Below, piece after piece: positions 58,643-64,000 of a stretch of 64,000 bases of DNA. Positions within the stretch are counted from its first letter, which is position 1, and each line of letters starts with the position of its first letter. Where the stretch lies: contig CAVIIZ010000001.1 of the NCBI GenBank assembly GCA_963642995.1, positions 4,017-68,016 of the forward strand, given 5' to 3'. This DNA is from a bacterium. GTDB lineage: Bacteria > Actinomycetota > Coriobacteriia > Coriobacteriales > QAMH01. A program made the translations under genes and the position numbers. The notes under the pieces were generated by a model, which did no database searches, was not told the DNA's origin, and worked only from the letters and a program-made list of their open reading frames with translations.

Positions 58643-58687
58643 GCGCCCTCGTCCGCCCTTTCCCGTCTCGGGTGCGGCAGGCAGGCG

Positions 58688-58717
58688 AAAACGGCCGGCG
58701 CGCGCAACCCCCGTCCG
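58688..58717 (-). terminator. candidate intrinsic terminator after metG
   Basis: The - strand RNA reads CGGACGG-gggttgcgcgcg-CCGGCCG-UUUU. Six of the seven stem pairs form, and a U4 tract follows. It starts 4 nt after the metG stop. Confidence 0.35.
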
Positions 58718-58720
58718 TCT

Positions 58721-60775
58721 TCAGCCCTCGCGTTTTTCCCGTTTCCCCGCTTCTTTCGCCGCGAAGAAGTCGAAGCGCGGCGGCAGCTCCTTCAAGGTGA
58801 AGCCGCCTGCCGCCACCTCGTCGTCTTCAGCCCACGAATCGAGCGGCTCGAGCAGGTGGTCCCAGTCGAAGAAGCCCGCGTGCCCGTTGCGCGAGGCGTG
58901 CTCGGCGATGTCCAGGTACTCGAAGACCAGCTCGCAGCCGCGCGGCACGATGGGGTGCATGAGCACGACGGACACGCGCATCAGGTAGAACAGGTCGCGC
59001 AGCACCGGCTCGATGGCGCCCGCCGCATCGTCTACCGCGGACGCCGCGCGGCTTTCCTGCGTCCACCACTTGTTCACGTCGCGCAAGAACGCGTCCATGA
59101 GCGCCCAGACCTCGTGCAGGCGCGTCTCGTACATGAGGCGCTCGTAGCGCTCGGCCGTCTCTTCCGCCCATGCGCGCGCCCGCTCGGAAGGGCCTCCCAG
59201 CGGCGCCGTGCCGCCGTGGTGCTTTTGGGCGGTGTAGAAACACGAGCGCACGATGCGGTTGAAGATGTTGGAGAGCAGCGCGCTTTCCTTCAGCACCGGG
59301 TCCGGGTACTTCTCGTCGCCTGCGTGCTTCGGGTCGAAGGGCTTGGGCGAAAAGCTCGTCGGCCGCTCGTCGAGGCCCAGGCTCATCCAGTGCGCGCGCA
59401 GCTGCTCTGCCGTGTAGTGCCCGAGCAGCTCGTCGGCGCCCGGCGGCGGGGTCTCGCTTGACGACGAGGCCTTCTTGCCCAGGAAAAGCGCGTGGTAGTC
59501 GGGTACGAGCGTGGTCTGGCGCAGCTCGTCGCCGCTGCCCTGCGCGTGCGGGTCCTCGCCTTGCATGGCCGCCCACAGCGCCGTCTGCGCGACTCCGTAG
59601 AAATAGATGTTGTCCTGCCCGATGAACTGGTAGACCCGCGCGTCGTCGCTTGCCCACCACTCGCGCCAGGCGTCTGGCGCCGCATCCGCGTCGCGGCGCC
59701 TCAGGGCCGCCTGCGAGAAGCTGATGGGCGCCCACAGCGACTCCGGCCAGCACCACACCGTCAAGCCGGGCGTCGAGCCGTCGAGCGCGGGGGCCTTCAC
59801 CCCCCACTCGATGTTGCCCGTCAGGCGAAACGGCACGAGCGTCTTGCCCGTGCGAAAGCGCACGCCGCCGGCCGCGAGGCGCTCCGTGGCCGCGTCGCGG
59901 GCGTCTATGTCGGAAAACTCCAAGGTGAAAGACTGCCTGCCGCCTTGCGGGGCATGCCGCTCGTGCGCGGGCAGCTCGGCTTTCACGGCCTCGTAGGCGT
60001 CCGCGTATTTCTCCTGGATGTAGATGACGGGAGGCGCGAGGAACTCGCGCACGGCCTGCACGGTGATGGGCCTGCTGGCCGGGTCGGCGGCAAGCGTGTC
60101 CATGTGCGCGGCTATCAGGTCGGAAAACTCCGGCAGCTTGAAGTACCAGTTCTCCACGGGGCGCAGCTCGGGCACGCTGCCCGTGAGGGTGCTCTTCGGC
60201 GCGATCAGGTCGGCGGGCGGGTACTGGTGGCCCATGTCGCACTCGTCGGCATAGCCGTGCTCGCCCTTGCAGCCTTGCACGGGGCAATGCCCCACGACCT
60301 GCCGGCCGTTCAAGAAGGTCTGCGCCTGCGCGTCGAAGAACTGCGGCGTCGAGCGCTTCTCCAGCCAGCCGGCCTCGAAAAGCCGGGTGATGAAGGCGTC
60401 GGTGGTCTTTTGCTGTTCGACGCCCGCATCTCCTATCCCCGAGCCCTCGAAGATGTCGAGCGATATGTCGAAGGCGCCAAGCGTGGCTGCCTGGGCGTCG
60501 TGGTTTGCCTGCACGTAGTCGGCGAGGCTGCCCGTGAAGGCGCCGGCCTCGACGGCCTTGCGGTGCCCTTCGTTGATGGGCGAGCCGAAGCAGTCCGTGC
60601 CCGAGACGAACAAGACGTTGTCGCGGCCGATGCGGTCGCGCAAGAAACGCGCGTAGATGTCTGCCGGCACGAAGACGCCTGCCAGATGGCCGAAATGCAG
60701 GCCCTTGTTGCCGTAGGGCATGCCCGCCGTGACGACCGCCCGTTTCGGAAAAAGCTCTTTCACAGGAATTCGCAC
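58721..60775 (-). CDS. metG: methionine--tRNA ligase
   Basis: 684 aa. GLHFGHLAG is a HIGH-type motif. CPVQGCKGEHGYADECDMGH is a zinc-knuckle insertion. A C-terminal anticodon-binding helical domain is present. Confidence 0.85.
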   Translation of the reverse strand: MRIPVKELFPKRAVVTAGMPYGNKGLHFGHLAGVFVPADIYARFLRDRIGRDNVLFVSGTDCFGSPINEGHRKAVEAGAFTGSLADYVQANHDAQAATLGAFDISLDIFEGSGIGDAGVEQQKTTDAFITRLFEAGWLEKRSTPQFFDAQAQTFLNGRQVVGHCPVQGCKGEHGYADECDMGHQYPPADLIAPKSTLTGSVPELRPVENWYFKLPEFSDLIAAHMDTLAADPASRPITVQAVREFLAPPVIYIQEKYADAYEAVKAELPAHERHAPQGGRQSFTLEFSDIDARDAATERLAAGGVRFRTGKTLVPFRLTGNIEWGVKAPALDGSTPGLTVWCWPESLWAPISFSQAALRRRDADAAPDAWREWWASDDARVYQFIGQDNIYFYGVAQTALWAAMQGEDPHAQGSGDELRQTTLVPDYHALFLGKKASSSSETPPPGADELLGHYTAEQLRAHWMSLGLDERPTSFSPKPFDPKHAGDEKYPDPVLKESALLSNIFNRIVRSCFYTAQKHHGGTAPLGGPSERARAWAEETAERYERLMYETRLHEVWALMDAFLRDVNKWWTQESRAASAVDDAAGAIEPVLRDLFYLMRVSVVLMHPIVPRGCELVFEYLDIAEHASRNGHAGFFDWDHLLEPLDSWAEDDEVAAGGFTLKELPPRFDFFAAKEAGKREKREG

Positions 60776-60798
60776 CTCGCCTACATCGCGTCGGACAA

Positions 60799-61821
60799 CT
60801 ATCTTCTCGAAGGAGCCGCCGTCTCGCCGTCGGCGCCGCCCCCGTCTTTTTCACGCGCCTGCCCGTCGCCCTTCTCCGCGGCCTTGAGCGCGTTTTTCTT
60901 CTCGCGCTCCTCCCGGGCGATCTCCTGGCGCAGGGCGCGGGTGTTCTTCACCGCCTCCATCTCCACGGAAGGGCCGCTCTTGCCCGACTGGGGGGCGGTC
61001 ACGACCTTTGCGGCGCGTTTCGTGAGAAGCGAGCATATCCACTCGGCCAAGAAGGTGATGGCCAGCACGCACACCAGCATGCCTATGCCGAAGATGCGGC
61101 CCTGGTCGTCGTTTACCAGATAGTCCACGACGCCGCCCACGTAGGGTATGGAAAAGCCCACCACGCCGACGACGTTTTGGTAGAGGACCGGCGCGTCGTC
61201 GGAGACGTTGGCGTCGCCTCTGGTGGTGACGGTCTTGCTGTCGTAGTTGTTGGAGACGACGCGGTGCGTGACTATGTTGAGCTGCTCGTCCATGATGTAG
61301 CTGACCACCTCGCCCGGGCGTATGGCGGTGGGGTCTTTTTGCTGGACGAACACGAGGGTGCCCGGCGGGTAGGTGGGCGTCATCGAGCCGGTGAGGACGT
61401 TGAACTCGTAGATGCCGAACAGGCGCGGGACGCCGATGATGGCCACGCATATCAGCAGCAACGCGCAGATGGTGCGGGTGAAGGCCTGGAGCGCGCGGGC
61501 GGGGACGGGCGGTTTGGCGTCGCGGATGAGGATACGGATGGTGTCGCGCCCGTCGTTTGCGCCGTCTGCCTGCGCGGAGGCGGCGACGCCGGCGTTTGCC
61601 GCGGCATCCGAGGCCGCACGGGCGACGGCGGCGCGCGCCGCCTCCTCGGTGCCCGTCTGGGCGCATGCGCCGCTTTCCTTGCCCGATGCGGCATCGGGCG
61701 CCGCGTCGGATGCGCGGGCTGCAGACCGCCCGTCTGCCCGGGGCGCCTCCCCGCGTTGCGCGCCCTCTTTTTCACCGTCGAACCTACGTGTCGATTTCCC
61801 GGCCACGTGCAGACCTTTCAC
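60799..61821 (-). CDS. signal peptidase I, SipW / ER-archaeal (S26B) type, with long N- and C-terminal extensions
   Basis: 340 aa with a GTG start. TGSMTPTYPPGTLVFV carries the catalytic Ser. Also VTHRV. TM helices are ICALLLICVAIIGV and IGMLVCVLAITFLAEWI. Confidence 0.75.
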   Translation of the reverse strand: MKGLHVAGKSTRRFDGEKEGAQRGEAPRADGRSAARASDAAPDAASGKESGACAQTGTEEAARAAVARAASDAAANAGVAASAQADGANDGRDTIRILIRDAKPPVPARALQAFTRTICALLLICVAIIGVPRLFGIYEFNVLTGSMTPTYPPGTLVFVQQKDPTAIRPGEVVSYIMDEQLNIVTHRVVSNNYDSKTVTTRGDANVSDDAPVLYQNVVGVVGFSIPYVGGVVDYLVNDDQGRIFGIGMLVCVLAITFLAEWICSLLTKRAAKVVTAPQSGKSGPSVEMEAVKNTRALRQEIAREEREKKNALKAAEKGDGQAREKDGGGADGETAAPSRR

Positions 61822-62013
61822 CTCGTGTTCATGCGTCGACCCTGCAATATAGCAGATGCCCGTCCGCGCGCGGAAACGACGTCATCGCCCGTCGTGCGAA
61901 CAACGGCTCGTTTTTCCCGTTTCCCCCATCACATAGGCTTTCATTTTCCCCTTCAAGCCCGCCTCGGCGCCGCGGGCGACGACGCGGACGGGGAGCTGGC
62001 GCGCAAAGCAGCT

Positions 62014-62682
62014 TCAAGCTGGACACGCGTTGCAGGTGAAAAGGGAGACGGAGGTTTTGCCGTAGCGTTTCCGGGCGTCGAAGGCGAAAGGGGACGCGGG
62101 GGCGGAGGCGCCCGAGACGGCGGCATCGCAGGCCGGGGCAGAGGGGTTGGGGACGCCGGCGGCGAAGGCGGCAAGGACCTCGTCGGCGTTCTCGCGCGCA
62201 TGCTCGTAGGAGACGAGGGCGCCGGGCGCGAGCGCGCCCGATTCGGCAAGTGCGGAGAGCAAGGCTGCCACTTCGGAGGCCGGCAGGGCATAGGGAGGGT
62301 CGAGCATCACGAGGGAGAAAGGCGCGCCATGCGCCTGCGCGATGAAGGAGGCCCTCGTGCAGACGTCGAAGGCGTCGCCCGAGTAGACGTCCGCCGCGGC
62401 ATGCGGCAAGCGCAACGAGGCGATGTTTCCGCGCAAGGCCTTGAGGGCGGACGGGTCGCGCTCGACGAAGGCGGCACGAGCCGCGCCGCGCGAGAGCGCC
62501 TCGAGGCCGAGCGCCCCGCTGCCCGCGAAGGCATCGAGCACGCGCACGCCCTCGAAGCTGCCCAGGCGCGCCCACAGCGCGGAGAAGAGCGCCTCGCGCA
62601 CACGGTCGGTCGTGGGGCGCGTGCCGCGCCCGGAAGGCGGGGCGAGTGCACGCCCCTTGAATTTTCCCGCCACCACGCGCAC
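62014..62682 (-). CDS. rsmD: 16S rRNA (guanine966-N2)-methyltransferase RsmD
   Basis: 222 aa. MRVVAGKFKGR, LDAFAGSGALGLEALSRGA (SAM-binding motif) and DPPY. Confidence 0.9.
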   Translation of the reverse strand: MRVVAGKFKGRALAPPSGRGTRPTTDRVREALFSALWARLGSFEGVRVLDAFAGSGALGLEALSRGAARAAFVERDPSALKALRGNIASLRLPHAAADVYSGDAFDVCTRASFIAQAHGAPFSLVMLDPPYALPASEVAALLSALAESGALAPGALVSYEHARENADEVLAAFAAGVPNPSAPACDAAVSGASAPASPFAFDARKRYGKTSVSLFTCNACPA

Positions 62683-62688
62683 GCGCTC

Positions 62689-64000
62689 TCAGCGCCCCTT
62701 CCCGCGTCCGGCACGGGAGACGCCGCCGTCCCCGCGGGCACCCCCGCCGCGCCCGGCGCCCGCGCCCGTCTTCCCGGCACCGGAGTCCGCGGCGCCTTCA
62801 TCGTCGTCTTCGTCTGCCCGCGCGCGCGCCGACGCGAAAAAAACCTCCAGCTCGGCGGCAAGCGCGGCATGCTCGGGCGCGGCCAGCGCGGGATCGGCCT
62901 GCAGCACCGCGGCCGCCTCGGCATGAGCGGCCTTGACGAGCTCGGCGTCGCGCAGCACGTCCACGAGGCGCAATACGGAAGCGCCGTGCTGCAAGGCGCC
63001 GAAGACATTGCCCTCGCGGCGCGACTCAAGGTCCAGCCGCGCCAGCTCGAAGCCGTCGTCGGTCGAGCACAGCGCGTCCAGGCGCGCGGCCAGCTTCTCG
63101 TCGTCTTTGCCGGGGTCTGCGATGAGGAAGAAGCGCCCCGCCGCGCTGCCGCGTCCCACGCGCCCGCGCAGCTGGTGCAGCTGGGCCAGGCCGAAGCGCT
63201 CGGCGTCCTCGACCATCATGACGGTGGCGTTCGGCACGTCCACGCCCACCTCGACCACCGTCGTGGCCACGAGGACCGCGATGTCGCCCGCAGCGAACTC
63301 CTCCATCACGCGGCGTTTGTCGGCCGCCGGCATCCCGCCCGTGAGCAACCCGACGGCGAAATCGGGAAAGACGCTGCGCGAGAGATAGGCCGCCTCGTCT
63401 TCGGCCGCCTTCAGGGTCGTGACGTCGCGGCCCTCGGAGATCGATCGCTCCAGGCCGCCGTCCTCGTTTGCCTCGGCGCGTTGCTCGCGAGACAGGCCGA
63501 CGAGCGGGCACACGATGTAGGCCTGGTGCCCGTCGGCGACCGCGGCGCGTATGGCGTCGTAGGCGAGGGCGCGCGCGTCGCGAGAGAGCACCTCGGTGGC
63601 GACGGGCTTCCTGCCTGCAGGCCGGTGGCGTATGCAGCTCGTCTGCATGTCGCCGTAGCACACGAGGGCGAGCGTGCGCGGAATGGGCGTGGCCGTCATG
63701 GTGAGCACATCGCAGCCCGGCCCCTTTGCGCGCAAAGCCGCGCGCTGGCCCACGCCGAAGCGGTGCTGCTCGTCGATGACCGCAAGCGACAGCGAGGAGA
63801 AGGCGACGTCGGGCTCTATCAGGGCATGGGTGCCGAAGAGGACCTGGATGCGGCCGTCTGCCAGCTCGGCCAATATGCGCGCGCGCTCGGCGGGCGGCGT
63901 CGAGCCCGTGAGCAGCGCATGCGTGACGTCCGCCGCATCGAGCACCTCGGCCAGCGCCGTCTCGTATTGGCGGGCGAGCAGCTCGGTGGGCGCCATCATC
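62689..64000 (-). CDS. recG: ATP-dependent DNA helicase RecG, partial (N-terminus lies beyond the right edge)
   Basis: VIDEQHRFGV is the DEQH box. Also MTATPIPRTLA and HQLRGRVGRG. The frame remains open at position 64000. Confidence 0.9.
   Translation of the reverse strand, partial: MMAPTELLARQYETALAEVLDAADVTHALLTGSTPPAERARILAELADGRIQVLFGTHALIEPDVAFSSLSLAVIDEQHRFGVGQRAALRAKGPGCDVLTMTATPIPRTLALVCYGDMQTSCIRHRPAGRKPVATEVLSRDARALAYDAIRAAVADGHQAYIVCPLVGLSREQRAEANEDGGLERSISEGRDVTTLKAAEDEAAYLSRSVFPDFAVGLLTGGMPAADKRRVMEEFAAGDIAVLVATTVVEVGVDVPNATVMMVEDAERFGLAQLHQLRGRVGRGSAAGRFFLIADPGKDDEKLAARLDALCSTDDGFELARLDLESRREGNVFGALQHGASVLRLVDVLRDAELVKAAHAEAAAVLQADPALAAPEHAALAAELEVFFASARARADEDDDEGAADSGAGKTGAGAGRGGGARGDGGVSRAGRGKGR

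Overview
The window is a visibly GC-rich, gene-dense chromosomal segment. It is most consistent with an Actinomycetota genome of the Coriobacteriia/Eggerthellaceae type. That assignment is an inference from the actinobacterial mIHF, the split class-I fumarase, DUF169/CCG redox genes, a dlt operon and very high third-codon-position GC; I cannot verify it without a search. I support about 57 protein-coding genes (plus two decayed gene remnants), and almost all are on the - strand. Only ndh, a small RHH/nucleotidyltransferase cassette and an hsdR remnant are on the + strand.

Most long ORFs in the six-frame track are antisense or out-of-frame artefacts of the GC content (Arg/Ala/Gly/His-rich). 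Several true genes occupy only the C-terminal part of a longer track ORF, so I re-derived their starts by hand.

Core content, left to right:
- a polytopic membrane protein (partial) and ndh
- class-I fumarase alpha/beta, malic enzyme and a class-I aldolase
- nadE
- an uncharacterised ferredoxin-DUF169 / GNAT-MBL / CCG Fe-S operon
- a bacterial Elp3 homologue
- dltA-B-C-(X-like)-D
- recX-recA, with an SOS box in the recA promoter
- cinA, pgsA, rimO, yajQ, a RodZ-like gene and ftsK
- rnj, dapA, dapB, a dGTPase-like gene and guaB
- ybeY, phoH, thiI, rpoZ, gmk and mihF
- a complete pyrR-pyrB-pyrC-carA-carB-pyrK-pyrD-pyrF operon
- a decayed accessory island of about 5.5 kb (49.6-55.1 kb)
- coaD, then an AAA_5 ATPase with a large acidic partner protein
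- metG, a SipW-type signal peptidase, rsmD and recG (partial)

I did not recognise any rRNA, tRNA, CRISPR array, transposase or integrase by eye.

Best candidates for something undescribed:
- the translationally coupled Fdx-DUF169 / GNAT-PhnP-like / CCG operon at 8.8-12.3 kb
- the AAA_5 plus vWA-like/hyperacidic protein pair at 55.7-58.6 kb
- the toxin-antitoxin-type cassette bracketed by 35-nt direct repeats inside an hsdR remnant

All functional calls rest on my reading of motifs in the translations. No database search was possible.
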